Below are positions 28,119-39,034 of a stretch of DNA of 64,000 nt, piece by piece. The DNA lies in contig DIEY01000072.1 in the NCBI GenBank assembly GCA_002418865.1, positions 51,881 to 115,880 on the forward strand, written 5' to 3'. A program made the translations under genes and the position numbers. Numbering within the stretch: the stretch's first letter is position 1; each line of letters opens with the position of its first letter. Under the pieces are notes generated by a model, which had not been told where the DNA came from, did no database searches, and saw nothing but the letters and a program-made list of their open reading frames with translations. The stretch is from Bacteroidales bacterium UBA5762. GTDB taxonomy: Bacteria; Bacteroidota; Bacteroidia; Bacteroidales; TTA-H9.

Positions 28119-30890
28119 TCAATGAGCTTCGAGCCAGTTTTCCCCTGCATTGATGTCTACAACAACTGGAATAGAAAGAGGCATAGCATTTTGCATGATA
28201 TTTCTCACCATTATTTTTATTTCTTCTGCTTCTTCTTTTCTGGCATCGAATACCAATTCATCGTGAACCTGAAGAATCATATAAGAATGCGGGAATTTTT
28301 CCTTTAGAGCCTGATAAATATTAATCATGGCTATTTTGATCATATCGGCTGCCGAGCCTTGAATAGGAGCATTAATAGCGTTACGTTCAGCGAATCCACG
28401 CATATTGGCATTGGCGGAATTAATATCAGGCAAATAACGTTTGCGCCCCTTGATGGTTTCAACGTAACCATGCTCCCGAGCAAACACGATACTTTTTTCC
28501 ATATAGGCCTTTATACCGGGATATTGCTTAAAATACTCTTCTATAATAGCTGCGGCTTCCTTTTTAGGAATGTCAAGGTTTTGTGAAAGTCCATAGGCCG
28601 ATATTCCGTAAACGATTCCAAAGTTTACCGATTTAGCTGTTCTTCGTTGTTCTTTGGTAACTTGGTTAAGGGGAATATTAAAAATTCGAGAGGCAGTAGC
28701 TGCATGAATATCGAGGCCTTGTCTGAAGGCTTCTTTCATGGCTTCGTCTCCACTTAAATGGGCTATGATTCTCAGTTCTATCTGAGAATAATCGGCAGAA
28801 ATCAATATATAATCAGAGTTTCTGGGAATAAAAGCTTTTCGAATCTCACGTCCACGCTCAGTCCGTACGGGAATATTTTGCAAATTTGGATTGTTGCTAC
28901 TCAATCTTCCGGTAGCGGTAACCGCTTGATTGTAACTTGTATGTACTCTCTGAGTACGAGGATTAATCATCTGGGGAAGTGTATCTACATAAGTAGATTT
29001 AAGCTTGGTTAGTTCTCTGTAATCGAGAATTTTCTCTACAATAGGATGGCGATGCGCTAACTTTTCTAAAACATCTTCTCCCGTTGCATATTGTTTAGTA
29101 CTTGTTAACCGTGGGTTTTCAGCTATTTTTAATTTTTCGAATAAAATAACCCCTAATTGTTTAGGAGAGGAAATATTGAAAGATTCACCGGCCAAAGAAT
29201 ATATCTCTTCCACGATTTGATGGATTTCATTTTCGAGTTGTTCGCCAAAAGCATTGAGGGCCTCGGTGTCAATTTTTACTCCTTGGGTTTCCATGCTAAC
29301 TAAAACTGGCATTAAAGGCATTTCTATTTCCTGAAACAACTCGTATGTGCCTGTTTGGTGCAAAAGTGGTTCTATGGCATACTTCAACTGAAGGGTAATG
29401 TCGGCATCCTCGGCCGCATATTCTTTTATTTTTTCGATTTCCACCCCCCTCATATTTCCCTGATGGTTGCCTTTTTTCCCTATGAGAGATTCAATGGGAA
29501 CAGGATCATAATGAAGATAAGCTCGGGCAAGATAATCCATACTATGACGTTGCTCAGGTTCTATGACATAATGGGCTAACATAGTATCGAAAAATGGAGC
29601 GCTAGGCTGACAACCATACCAATGCAAAACCGTAAGGTCGAATTTCATGTTCTGACCAATTTTTAGTATGTCAGAATTCTGAAGAGGAGGTTTTAAAATT
29701 TCCAGTATTTCGATGGTTTTATCACGATTTTGGGGCAAAGGGATATACCAAGCTTCATGAGCCAATACTGCAAATGAAATACCTACCAAATCACAGTTAT
29801 TAGGATCGAGGCCTGTGGTTTCTGTGTCAAAACAAAATTCTTTGGTATATTGTAAAGTATAGGCAAGAGAACGAATCTCTTCTATAGAACTAAGAACAGA
29901 ATAATGATGCGGTGTATTGTGAATGTTCTTTAAGGAATCTGTTAAAGATGTACCTTCTGCGTTTTTCTCTAAAGGGAAGAAGGAAAGTTGTTCACTAGGT
30001 TTTTTCTTTTCAAGATCTTTGAATATTCTTTGAGAAAAAGTACGAAACTCGAGTGTATCCAATATTTTTCTCAAAGACTCTATATCTGGAGAATGCCGCT
30101 TAAAAAGTTCTTCGTCGAATTCTACAGGAGCATCCAATCGTAAGCTAGCTAATTGTTTTGAAAACAAGGCCTCTTCGGCATGGGCAAGAATTTTCTCTTT
30201 AATTTTTGGATTTTCTATCTTTTCGGCATTTTGAATCAGATTCTCTATTGTATCAAATTGTGCGATGAGTTTTTTAGCATAAGTTTCTCCTATACCAGGC
30301 ACACCAGGTATGTTATCGGAAGCATCGCCCCAAAGTCCAAGAATATCAGTAAGCTGTGCAGGATTTTTTATTCCATATTTCTGACATATTTCTTCAACAC
30401 CAAGAATCTCGGATTCATTACCAAAACGTGCGGGACGATAGAGTAATATGTTCTCGCTGACGAGTTGACCCAAATCTTTATCAGTACTCATGATATAAAC
30501 CTTGAAACCTTTTTGTGCTGCCTGAAGAGCTAAAGTTCCAAGTAAATCATCGGCTTCGTATCCTTCCTTTTCAAGAATAGGTATGTTAAAAGCTCTGATG
30601 AGATCTTTAATCCATGGAATTGAAGCGGCAAGATCTTCGGGCATAGCTTGGCGATTGGCCTTATATTCGGCAAAATCTTCATGACGCATGGTAGGAGCTT
30701 GCATGTCGAAAGCAACACCTATATGTGTTGGATCTTCATTTTTTAAAACATCCCATAAAGTATTGGCAAATCCCAAGATAGCACCGGTGTTCATACCTTT
30801 GCTATTTATACGAGGTGTTTTGGCCATAGCATAAAAAGCTCTATAAATTAAAGCCATGGCATCAAGAAGAAATAATTTATTTTCGGGCAT
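28119..30890 (-). CDS. polA: DNA polymerase I; start 30890 (MPENKLFLLD)
   Basis: 5'-3' exo (LLDAMALIYRAFY, EADD, GDASDNIPGV), intact 3'-5' exo (FDTETTG), polymerase motifs ADYSQIELR and QVHDEL; -7 box at 30913-30920 excludes the TTG at 30908. Confidence 0.98.
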   Translation of the reverse strand: MPENKLFLLDAMALIYRAFYAMAKTPRINSKGMNTGAILGFANTLWDVLKNEDPTHIGVAFDMQAPTMRHEDFAEYKANRQAMPEDLAASIPWIKDLIRAFNIPILEKEGYEADDLLGTLALQAAQKGFKVYIMSTDKDLGQLVSENILLYRPARFGNESEILGVEEICQKYGIKNPAQLTDILGLWGDASDNIPGVPGIGETYAKKLIAQFDTIENLIQNAEKIENPKIKEKILAHAEEALFSKQLASLRLDAPVEFDEELFKRHSPDIESLRKILDTLEFRTFSQRIFKDLEKKKPSEQLSFFPLEKNAEGTSLTDSLKNIHNTPHHYSVLSSIEEIRSLAYTLQYTKEFCFDTETTGLDPNNCDLVGISFAVLAHEAWYIPLPQNRDKTIEILEILKPPLQNSDILKIGQNMKFDLTVLHWYGCQPSAPFFDTMLAHYVIEPEQRHSMDYLARAYLHYDPVPIESLIGKKGNHQGNMRGVEIEKIKEYAAEDADITLQLKYAIEPLLHQTGTYELFQEIEMPLMPVLVSMETQGVKIDTEALNAFGEQLENEIHQIVEEIYSLAGESFNISSPKQLGVILFEKLKIAENPRLTSTKQYATGEDVLEKLAHRHPIVEKILDYRELTKLKSTYVDTLPQMINPRTQRVHTSYNQAVTATGRLSSNNPNLQNIPVRTERGREIRKAFIPRNSDYILISADYSQIELRIIAHLSGDEAMKEAFRQGLDIHAATASRIFNIPLNQVTKEQRRTAKSVNFGIVYGISAYGLSQNLDIPKKEAAAIIEEYFKQYPGIKAYMEKSIVFAREHGYVETIKGRKRYLPDINSANANMRGFAERNAINAPIQGSAADMIKIAMINIYQALKEKFPHSYMILQVHDELVFDARKEEAEEIKIMVRNIMQNAMPLSIPVVVDINAGENWLEAH

Positions 30891-30994
30891 CCTGTGTAAA
30901 AGTTTCAAAAAACAAATTTACACAAAGCTTTTGTAAAGGAATTGATGCCTAATGATTATATCATTGAGATAAAATAAAGTATAATTCCTTATGC

Positions 30995-31876
30995 TTAGGC
31001 CCTTAAGATAGCAATTAATTGGTCCATTCCTTCAACTTTCTCGCCATCACCCTCTATTTCGTACATCATACGCATTTCGGCTGCTAAACGTTGGAGTATC
31101 TGTACATTATTACAGGGAGTATAAAATTGAGGCTGAGGTTCAATTTTATTATCCTTCAGAAAACGGTCAATTTCTTTACGAATAAATACCATACCCTTAA
31201 AGAATGGATTAATATAAAAAAGCACAGGGTCATTTTCAGGATCCTGAATATAATGGCCAGGATTATTCTCGAGAAAGGCAATCACCATGTTATAAGGCAG
31301 ATTAACCCCGTATACAGGTAGTTTGAGACTTTGAGCAATGATAAGATAAAGAATACCCAGGGTAGTGGAACTGCCACGTTTTAAATCGATTACATTATGA
31401 ATAAAATAATCCTGTAGGGTATATTGAGGAGGCCTGGTTGGAACAAACTTATAAACCTCGAACAAAATATGATTAAGGACTTTGATTTTTTCCAGGGGGT
31501 TCATTCTATCGTTCATTTCAAGCCAAACGTCTTGCACAATTTGTCCTAAATCGTGTGTAATTCGCTTAATATCCAAGTAATGATAATGGTAACGCGAGAG
31601 AAGCAAAGCACCTTTAAGAAGATCATCTTGATTGGCATCTACCCATTCCCTTAATTGTTGCCGAATGCTTTCGAAATTAATAGTATTAATAAGTTCTTCT
31701 ATACGTTGTCGTGTAAATTCTTCAAAGGCATTTTCCCAAGCTTTCTCGAGCGAGGGCAAGGCTCCCTCTCCTAAATCAATAATGCGCTGACGAATTCTAT
31801 CATACACATTTTCATCAGGCTCGTCCATCATACTTATCAAAGCTGTTAATTCCTTTATGTTTTCCTCATTTCCCAT
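30995..31876 (-). CDS. SirB1/transglutaminase-like (Transglut_core2) protein
   Basis: LISMMDEPD N-terminus, LNHILFEVYKF, LGILYLIIAQSLKLPVYGVNLP, FYINPF. Confidence 0.75.
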   Translation of the reverse strand: MGNEENIKELTALISMMDEPDENVYDRIRQRIIDLGEGALPSLEKAWENAFEEFTRQRIEELINTINFESIRQQLREWVDANQDDLLKGALLLSRYHYHYLDIKRITHDLGQIVQDVWLEMNDRMNPLEKIKVLNHILFEVYKFVPTRPPQYTLQDYFIHNVIDLKRGSSTTLGILYLIIAQSLKLPVYGVNLPYNMVIAFLENNPGHYIQDPENDPVLFYINPFFKGMVFIRKEIDRFLKDNKIEPQPQFYTPCNNVQILQRLAAEMRMMYEIEGDGEKVEGMDQLIAILRA

Positions 31877-31915
31877 AAGTAAAAAAAGAAGTACAAAATG
31901 ATTTAAATGTTGATA

Positions 31916-33061
31916 TTATAGGTCCATTCTAAAGTTTGCGCTTAAGGTATCAAAAATTGTACCGTCGGTTCCTATCATTCTCTGAGCCGCACTAATCATT
32001 AAACAGGAGTGTACTGGAACGATATCCAGTAGATCGCCGGCATGAATCTTTTCGAGAAAATCTCTCCTGGCCTTTACAACTCCATGTTCCTGCGAAAGCG
32101 TACTTAATATGGCTATAGGATATTGCCCCTGCCATTGTATGAAATCTCCGTGAAAACATACTGCCCCATAATATGCCTTATTGTCAGGTCCAATTAAAAA
32201 ATCTTTCCCTAAATGTATGGCTCCACCATATATCACCGCTCTCTCCTGGTCAGGATATACAGCTACAACAGGACAAACCAAGCGAACGGCAATTTCATCC
32301 TGAGTACAAGAGCCCAAATAATATTGCATCAGATCGTAAAAAATGAAATTACCCGGCCTCATTTCATCTATACCTTCATAACGATTGTCAATACTGCATG
32401 AAGGAGTATCTCCGATCGAATATAGAAATTTCCTTCCCGGATAGTACATTTCAAGATCCCGGAGTAAATGGGCAGTCATGGTAAGAGTAGCCATTCGAAT
32501 TTTTCTGATTTCATCTCTGTTGTGCGTCTGATAGGTATGTCCGTCATGGAACAGGAACCCTTTGATAGAAATTTGATTTTCATCGGCTAACCGAATAATA
32601 GGTAAAATTTCCTCCGCCGAGCATCGAAACCCCGACCTGCCGTGTCCTGTGTCTAATTCGATAAAAAAATTCAGAGGATAGTTCCAAAAATCAAGTTCTG
32701 AGATTTTCCATAAAGATGTTTCGTCTGAAATAAGCAGGGATAAATGTGCTATAGAGGCAATACCCTTAATTTGTTCCCATTCGCGCAGATTTATTGGAAA
32801 TGCAATGGTGATGTCGTCCCAACCATCTTCAGCAAAATACCTAGCCATACTTACCGAAGAAACTGTAATAGCCTTCACTCCTGCTTGTCTGAAAAATCTT
32901 CCTACTCCTCTACTTTGATGCGTCTTGAAATGCGGACGAAATGTAATTCCCGCCTGACGGCTGATCTTCATCATCTTTTGGATATTAGCCTTACATTGAG
33001 CAATATCGAGCACAACTTCGGGTTGGCAAAATGCGAAAGAACTATTCAGAATCTGGCTCAT
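31916..33061 (-). CDS. PLP fold-type III enzyme, D-threonine aldolase/D-serine dehydratase (DSD1)-like
   Basis: RPHFKTH (PLP lysine), ELDTGHGRSG, HDGHTY, EMRPGNFIFYD, SQEHG, PVHSC. Confidence 0.85.
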   Translation of the reverse strand: MSQILNSSFAFCQPEVVLDIAQCKANIQKMMKISRQAGITFRPHFKTHQSRGVGRFFRQAGVKAITVSSVSMARYFAEDGWDDITIAFPINLREWEQIKGIASIAHLSLLISDETSLWKISELDFWNYPLNFFIELDTGHGRSGFRCSAEEILPIIRLADENQISIKGFLFHDGHTYQTHNRDEIRKIRMATLTMTAHLLRDLEMYYPGRKFLYSIGDTPSCSIDNRYEGIDEMRPGNFIFYDLMQYYLGSCTQDEIAVRLVCPVVAVYPDQERAVIYGGAIHLGKDFLIGPDNKAYYGAVCFHGDFIQWQGQYPIAILSTLSQEHGVVKARRDFLEKIHAGDLLDIVPVHSCLMISAAQRMIGTDGTIFDTLSANFRMDL

Positions 33062-33073
33062 ATGACTGAAATT

Positions 33074-33949
33074 CTATGAACAAGTGAGTTTTTCAAGGAC
33101 AAATTGAATAAGTTCATTCATGCGTGAATGATAATCAGAACTAAATGTTCCTGAAGCCCTATTGGCTATGGTAAGACAAATCGTGAGTGCCTGATGACCC
33201 ATCAGCGTTGATAAACCATATAGAGCCGAGGTTTCCATTTCGAAATTGGTAATACTTCGGCCGTGATACCGAAATTTCATCAATCTTTCATTCATATCAG
33301 ACATAACCAGTGGTAAACGCAATTTACGACCTTGGGGACCATAAAATCCAGGTGCAGTTGCAGTAATTCCATTGATGACTTCCTTGCCTACTAAATTCAA
33401 CAATTCGGGAGAAGCTTTAACTACATAAGGCCTTCCTAACTCAGGCTTCCATTCCGTCTGAATAATAAATTCATCGACCATTTCTTCTTCGAATGAATTC
33501 CCTTCGAAACGATAAAAACGTAGTAAGGTATCGAGACCTATAGCATATTCTGCCGCCACGAAAGCATTTACCGGAATATCGGGCTGTAGGCTTCCCGAAG
33601 TCCCAATTCTGATAAGTCGTAATGAAGTTTTATTGGGTTTTTCTTCTAAAGTTTTCAAATCGATATTTGCCAGGGCATCTAACTCATTTACAACAATATC
33701 AATATTATCTGGGCCCATCCCCGTAGATATAACCGTTATTCTTGATTTGCCTATCCAGCCTGTATGAACTAGCATCTCGCGATTTTGTCCTTGAAACTCT
33801 AAATGGTCAAAATGGCCCGAAACCATTGATACCCGACCAGGATCACCCACCAGAATTACCGTATCGGCAAGCTGCTCGGGCTTTATCCTTAAATGGTATA
33901 TACTTCCATCGGCACTGAGAACAAGTTCAGAAGCATTGGGTTTTAGCAT
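33074..33949 (-). CDS. Nucleoside phosphorylase (uridine phosphorylase-like, PNP_UDP_1); start 33949
   Basis: GSIYHL, LVGDPGRV, STGMGPDNIDIV, RIGTSG, GFYGPQGR, NFEMET. Confidence 0.88.
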   Translation of the reverse strand: MLKPNASELVLSADGSIYHLRIKPEQLADTVILVGDPGRVSMVSGHFDHLEFQGQNREMLVHTGWIGKSRITVISTGMGPDNIDIVVNELDALANIDLKTLEEKPNKTSLRLIRIGTSGSLQPDIPVNAFVAAEYAIGLDTLLRFYRFEGNSFEEEMVDEFIIQTEWKPELGRPYVVKASPELLNLVGKEVINGITATAPGFYGPQGRKLRLPLVMSDMNERLMKFRYHGRSITNFEMETSALYGLSTLMGHQALTICLTIANRASGTFSSDYHSRMNELIQFVLEKLTCS

Positions 33950-33965
33950 AATTGCAAATGATTTA

Positions 33966-33989
33966 TTGATAAACAAATTGATAAACAAA
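33966..33989. repeat. Perfect 12-bp tandem duplication TTGATAAACAAA x2
   Basis: Read directly; lies in the 5' leader of the nucleoside phosphorylase gene. Confidence 0.85.
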
Positions 33990-34235
33990 AAATAATATAG
34001 AAAATTTTAGAGTAACAAAACTAAAGAGAAAAAATCATCAAAGAAGAAAGCTTTTTATCCTCATCTGCTACTCAATGAAATATTATATGTTTGGAAGGCT
34101 TTCATGCCCCTAGCTCGACATATAAGGATATAGTGATAATTCGATATTTCTAATTTCTCAATCAATAGGTAGGTTTCATGGCGAATTTTTTATTGCCGTT
34201 AAGAATGATTTTAATTTTGCAGAAAATGTCTATCT

Positions 34236-35930
34236 GTGGAAAAATATCCATTTTATATTCAGAAAGAATATCAAAGAATAAAAACCATTGAAGTTCCTAT
34301 TGGAGATATACCCATTGGTGGAACAAATCCCATAAGGATTCAGAGCATGACTAATACTTCTACTTTAGATACTCAAGCCACTGTAGATCAGGCCATGCGA
34401 TTGTTCGATGCAGGTTGTGATTATGTGCGTATTACAGCCCAGGGGCCGAGAGAGGCTTCGAATTTGAAGGAAATAAAAGAAGAATTACATCGTAGAGGGT
34501 ATAAAAAACCCTTGATCGCCGATATTCATTACAGCCCTAAAGCCGCTGAAATTGCCGCTGCAATAGTTGAAAAAGTTAGAATTAATCCAGGAAATTACAT
34601 TGGCCCGCACTTAGGGAAAATGGAGTACACCGAAAAGGAATACCAGGAGGAATTAGAAATTATACGTGATAATATAAAACCTCTGTTAGGAATATGCCGT
34701 CAAAATGGAACTGCATTGCGTATTGGAAGTAATCATGGGTCCCTATCGAAGCGCGTCCTGTCTCGTTATGGAGATACAGCCGACGGAATGGTAGCTTCAG
34801 CATTGGAATTTATTGAGATTTGCGAGGACCTTGATTTCAATCGCATGGTTATATCGATGAAGGCAAGCAATCCTCGTGTAATGACTGATGCCAATCGTTT
34901 ATTGGCAATGAAAATGCTACAGAGAGGTAGAGTTTATCCCATACATTTGGGTGTAACAGAGGCAGGTGATGGAGAAGACGGAAGAATCAAGTCTGCTGCA
35001 GGGATAGGAGCTTTACTTGCCGAAGGAATTGGCGATACTATTCGAGTCTCTTTGACCGAGGAGCCTGAAGCTGAAATTCCTGTAGCTTCTTTCCTCAAGC
35101 AAATGACCACTGCTTTCCCTCTAAATCCTATAGCTTTCAGTCCAAAGAATTATTATTATGAGAGTTTTCTAAAAGAAAAATTTATTAGTCATGCAATAAA
35201 TGGATTAGGAGGTAAGAATTTTCCTTTAGTGATAGGCCAACAATCGCCTGCTGATATCATCATTGTATCCGATCTACCCTTTCGAACCCATCACATTCAC
35301 ACCCAATCGTTTCCATCTCCCAACGAGATTGCAAAAATTCCGAAAGAATTACCTCTTGTAATTCATTCCGACCATCCTCGTGAACTAATTGCCTTGAGGG
35401 CAGCAGTTATTTATTTGAGGAGTGAAGGCATGAATCAGCCCATTATTTTAAAAAGAAGCTCCAATGAGTCCAATTCTGAGAAATTTATTACTGAATCTGC
35501 TGCGGTAATGGGGCCTGCATTTCAGGAAGGATTGGGACAAGCCATCTGGCTCGAAAATCCAATGTTAAATCCAGACCATCTGGTGAGCATTTCTTTTGCT
35601 ATACTTCAAGCTGCTAAGGCACGCATCTCCCGAACCGAATACATTGCCTGCCCTTCGTGTGGACGAACACTTTTCAATATTCAACCCACTCTCCAAAAAA
35701 TTAAGGAGCGCACTTCTCATCTCAAAGGGCTTACTATTGCCGTAATGGGTTGCATAGTAAATGGGCCAGGCGAAATGGCCGGAGCCGATTACGGCTATGT
35801 TGGTGCCGGAAAAGGAAAGGTTACTCTCTACAAAGGCCATACTCCCGTTAAAAGAAATATTCCGGAGGAAATGGCCGTAGAAGAATTGATCGATTTAATT
35901 CGTCAGAACGGCGATTGGATTGAACCTTAA
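34236..35930 (+). CDS. ispG: (E)-4-hydroxy-3-methylbut-2-enyl-diphosphate synthase, long form with inserted domain (GTG start)
   Basis: IRIQSMT, LIADIHY, RINPGN, RIGSNHGSL, HLGVTEAG, DTIRVSL, CPSCGRT, MGCIVNGPGE; -7 box TAATTTTG at 34212-34219. Confidence 0.97.
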   Translation: MEKYPFYIQKEYQRIKTIEVPIGDIPIGGTNPIRIQSMTNTSTLDTQATVDQAMRLFDAGCDYVRITAQGPREASNLKEIKEELHRRGYKKPLIADIHYSPKAAEIAAAIVEKVRINPGNYIGPHLGKMEYTEKEYQEELEIIRDNIKPLLGICRQNGTALRIGSNHGSLSKRVLSRYGDTADGMVASALEFIEICEDLDFNRMVISMKASNPRVMTDANRLLAMKMLQRGRVYPIHLGVTEAGDGEDGRIKSAAGIGALLAEGIGDTIRVSLTEEPEAEIPVASFLKQMTTAFPLNPIAFSPKNYYYESFLKEKFISHAINGLGGKNFPLVIGQQSPADIIIVSDLPFRTHHIHTQSFPSPNEIAKIPKELPLVIHSDHPRELIALRAAVIYLRSEGMNQPIILKRSSNESNSEKFITESAAVMGPAFQEGLGQAIWLENPMLNPDHLVSISFAILQAAKARISRTEYIACPSCGRTLFNIQPTLQKIKERTSHLKGLTIAVMGCIVNGPGEMAGADYGYVGAGKGKVTLYKGHTPVKRNIPEEMAVEELIDLIRQNGDWIEP

Positions 35931-35941
35931 AATTTTATCTC

Positions 35942-36766
35942 ATGTATTGTTATCACACCCATACCCATTTCTGTGATGGAACTTCAGCTCCTGAACTCTA
36001 TGCTAAGAATGCCCTCCAGTTTCATTTTCATTCTTTAGGCTTTTCAGGACATGCACCCTTGCCGTTTACCAATAATTTTGCCATAACTCCCAGTAAACTT
36101 ACTCAATATTGCTACGAGATAAAATCACTTCAATTGAAGTATCAAGATAAATTGAATGTATTACTTGGTCTGGAAATGGATTATATTCCCGGAATTAGTA
36201 TACCCTTTGAAGAATTAATAAAAAAATGCCAGCTTAATTATACCATAGGTTCGGTCCACTTTGTAAGCAATTCTGCAAAGGAAAAGTTATGGTTTATTGA
36301 TGGCCCTAAAAGAGAAATATGGGACAAAGGGCTTGAGGAAGTAATGGAAGGCGATATAAAAGGCGGTGTGAATCTCTATTACCGACAGATACAAGAAATG
36401 ATTGAACGAGAAAAACCGGATATTGTAGGTCATCTCGATAAAATCATGATGTATAATGCTCATCGTTATTTTTCAGAAAACGAATCTTGGTATCGTTATT
36501 TAGTTATTGAAACACTTGAAAAGGTTCACCAAAGAGGGGCTATTCTCGAAATCAACACAAGAGGACTTTATAAGAAAAACTGCGAGCAGTTGTTCCCCTC
36601 CGAAACATTTCTGCCTATCATAAAAGAAATGGGCATTCCTGTAATTATTTCGGCCGATGCTCATGATCCATCCGAGATTGGATTATTATTTACGCAAACT
36701 CACCATCTTTTACTTTCGAAAGGCTTCGAGAAAATATACTATAAAGGGTTCGAATGCTATAATTGA
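35942..36766 (+). CDS. PHP-family histidinol-phosphatase (HisJ-like)
   Basis: YHTHT..CDG, GFSGHAP, GLEMDY, IGSVH, GHLD, LEINT, SADAH. Confidence 0.88.
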   Translation: MYCYHTHTHFCDGTSAPELYAKNALQFHFHSLGFSGHAPLPFTNNFAITPSKLTQYCYEIKSLQLKYQDKLNVLLGLEMDYIPGISIPFEELIKKCQLNYTIGSVHFVSNSAKEKLWFIDGPKREIWDKGLEEVMEGDIKGGVNLYYRQIQEMIEREKPDIVGHLDKIMMYNAHRYFSENESWYRYLVIETLEKVHQRGAILEINTRGLYKKNCEQLFPSETFLPIIKEMGIPVIISADAHDPSEIGLLFTQTHHLLLSKGFEKIYYKGFECYN

Positions 36767-36769
36767 TTT

Positions 36770-37570
36770 TCAGGGGAGAGCATTTTTAAATTCCTGATAA
36801 CGTTCGGCAAAAGTGCCGCCATGCACTCCACCCAAAGACAGAAAATGCTCATTAATTTTGTCCAATCTGTCCTCAGGCGAAGGATGAGTACTTAAAAATG
36901 TTGGCGGATGTGTCTCTCCTTCTAATTTTTTAAAGAAATCACCCAAGCTGGCAGCATCATATTCAGTAGCATATAGAAACTTTACGGCATACTCATCGGC
37001 CTCATATTCCTGACTACGGCTGAAGGCGAGCGTACCAAGACCTAAAGCCAGTTCGGCTGCAATTTGCTCTGCAACGTTTGGATTATTACCAAGTAAAACT
37101 CCCAGTAAAATCTCCAAACCATAAACTTTAGTGAGTTGGTCAGTAGAATGGCGTCTATCGGCATGAGCCATTTCATGCGCCATAACACCTGCAAACTGAG
37201 CCTCATTATCCAAAAACTTAATGATACCCGTATAAAAATACATGTCGCCCCCAGGTAAGCTAAAAGCATTGATCATAGTATCATTTTGAATAATCTTGCA
37301 GTTCCATTGAAACTTTGTGGCATATTTTACCTTACCTGAAGCAAGAATGGTATTGCGAATCCGATAAAGATGATCGTAAGCCGAGGAATACCTAACAGGA
37401 TCGAGAATGGGATACTCCTGAGGATTGGCGTCAATTTCGTCAGAAACTTGCTGCCCTAAAGCTATGTCATCTTCAATAGCAAATATATTGATAGAGGGGT
37501 CGTCTTTTGAACAACTGCTCAAAACAAGAATAAAAAAACAGGTTACTACTCCCAGCGTTAGTTTTTTCAT
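36770..37570 (-). CDS. M48 family zinc metalloprotease lipoprotein
   Basis: Lipobox LSSC, NAFSLPGG, HEMAH, FSRSQEYEAD, LSTHP; -7 box at 37605-37612. Confidence 0.92.
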   Translation of the reverse strand: MKKLTLGVVTCFFILVLSSCSKDDPSINIFAIEDDIALGQQVSDEIDANPQEYPILDPVRYSSAYDHLYRIRNTILASGKVKYATKFQWNCKIIQNDTMINAFSLPGGDMYFYTGIIKFLDNEAQFAGVMAHEMAHADRRHSTDQLTKVYGLEILLGVLLGNNPNVAEQIAAELALGLGTLAFSRSQEYEADEYAVKFLYATEYDAASLGDFFKKLEGETHPPTFLSTHPSPEDRLDKINEHFLSLGGVHGGTFAERYQEFKNALP

Positions 37571-37679
37571 AGCTTCAGGAATATTTTAAAGAAATTTGTG
37601 ATGACAAATTTAACAAAAGGAATGTTAGCAGAATGAAGATTGAGAAAGAGATATCTAAGCTTACGAAATGTCTTTGAGA

Positions 37680-38681
37680 TTACTTTGGATTATAGGCCCA
37701 TTTCAAATAAATAGCTCCCCAAGTAAACCCTGCACCAAAAGTGGTCAAAATAATGTTATCTCCTTTATGCATTTGATTTTCCCATTCATAGAGGCATAAA
37801 GGAAGTGTAGCAGATGTCGTATTTCCATATTTTTCGATGTTAATCATCACCTTTTCTTTTGGAAGTCCCATACGACGGGCAACAGCTTCTATAATCCTGT
37901 AGTTGGCCTGATGGGGTACTAACCAATGAATGTTTTCTGAGGTAAGTCCATTTCTTTCCATTATTTCTACTGCAACGTCGGCCATAGAAGCAACTGCAGC
38001 TTTAAAAACGGTTTGTCCTTCTTGATAGATATAATGTTCATGGGCTTCGACTGTTTTATGGGTTGGAGGATAAACCGAGCCTCCGGCTTTTTGATAGAGA
38101 TAAATACGACCATATCCATCAGTATGCAATATTTCGTCAATATAGCCAACTTCAGAATCCGTAGTTGGTTCAATAAGCACGGCACCAGCAGCATCTCCAA
38201 ATAAGGGACAAGTAGTGCGATTAGTATAATCATTAACTGACGACATCTTATCGGCACCTACCAAAATAACCTTCTTATATTTTCCAGATTCTACAAATTT
38301 TGCTGCACTGGAAAAACCAAAAAGAAAACTGGAACAGGCTGCATTCAAATCGAAGCAAAATGCATTCTTAATTCCAACCTTATCGGCAATGATTGCCGAG
38401 GTTGAAGGGAAAAGATGATCAGGGGTTACGGTGGAACATATTAATAAATCAACCTCTTCGGGCTTTGTTCCAGTTTTACGAAGTAATTCGTTTACAGCCG
38501 GTGCGCCCATATCAGAAGTGCCCTTTTCTTTCTCTCTTAAAATTCTTCGAGTCTTAATTCCAACCCTCGTCATTATCCATTCATCCGAGGTATCCACCAT
38601 TCTGCTAATTTCATCATTGGTTAAGATATAATCAGGTACATAAGCACCAACTCCCGTAATCGCAGCACGTATCTTTGTCAT
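37680..38681 (-). CDS. fabH: Beta-ketoacyl-ACP synthase III; start 38681
   Basis: NAACSS catalytic Cys, [28 protein letters not shown]. Confidence 0.97.
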   Translation of the reverse strand: MTKIRAAITGVGAYVPDYILTNDEISRMVDTSDEWIMTRVGIKTRRILREKEKGTSDMGAPAVNELLRKTGTKPEEVDLLICSTVTPDHLFPSTSAIIADKVGIKNAFCFDLNAACSSFLFGFSSAAKFVESGKYKKVILVGADKMSSVNDYTNRTTCPLFGDAAGAVLIEPTTDSEVGYIDEILHTDGYGRIYLYQKAGGSVYPPTHKTVEAHEHYIYQEGQTVFKAAVASMADVAVEIMERNGLTSENIHWLVPHQANYRIIEAVARRMGLPKEKVMINIEKYGNTTSATLPLCLYEWENQMHKGDNIILTTFGAGFTWGAIYLKWAYNPK

Positions 38682-38816
38682 TTTAAATACAATTAAAAAA
38701 GAATACAATATTTCTACCCTTCAATAATTTAACCCTGAGTTTAAAAGGGAAAATTTCTTTGAGAAATCTCTTGTGGAAGCATTTATTAAACAATGCCGTT
38801 TTACTGATTGAAAAAT

Positions 38817-39002
38817 TTATTTTACCTTTTCCACTTCCATAACCTGACGACCTCTGTAAAAACCACAGGAAGGGCATACTCTGTGGTAAAGTACTGGTGA
38901 GCCACAGTTAGGACATGCAAATGCAGCTGGCATCTCGACCTTGTAATGGGTTCTTCTTTTACGCGTTCTGGTCTTCGACCATCTTCTTTTGGGATTCGGC
39001 AT
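38817..39002 (-). CDS. rpmF: 50S ribosomal protein L32 (Zn-ribbon form), 61 aa
   Basis: MPNPKRRWSKTRTRKRRTH, CPNC...HRVCPSCGFYRG. Confidence 0.96.
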   Translation of the reverse strand: MPNPKRRWSKTRTRKRRTHYKVEMPAAFACPNCGSPVLYHRVCPSCGFYRGRQVMEVEKVK

Positions 39003-39034
39003 GGTATATAAAATTTTAAGTTTAAATAATTGAA

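Noticed and set aside
37596-37616. TTGTGAT...TTAACAA half-sites upstream of the M48 gene
   Set aside because: The halves are not in 7-4-7 Rex geometry
38682-38816. No plsX between rpmF and fabH
   Set aside because: yceD-rpmF-fabH without plsX is a common Bacteroidota arrangement, and no remnant is visible
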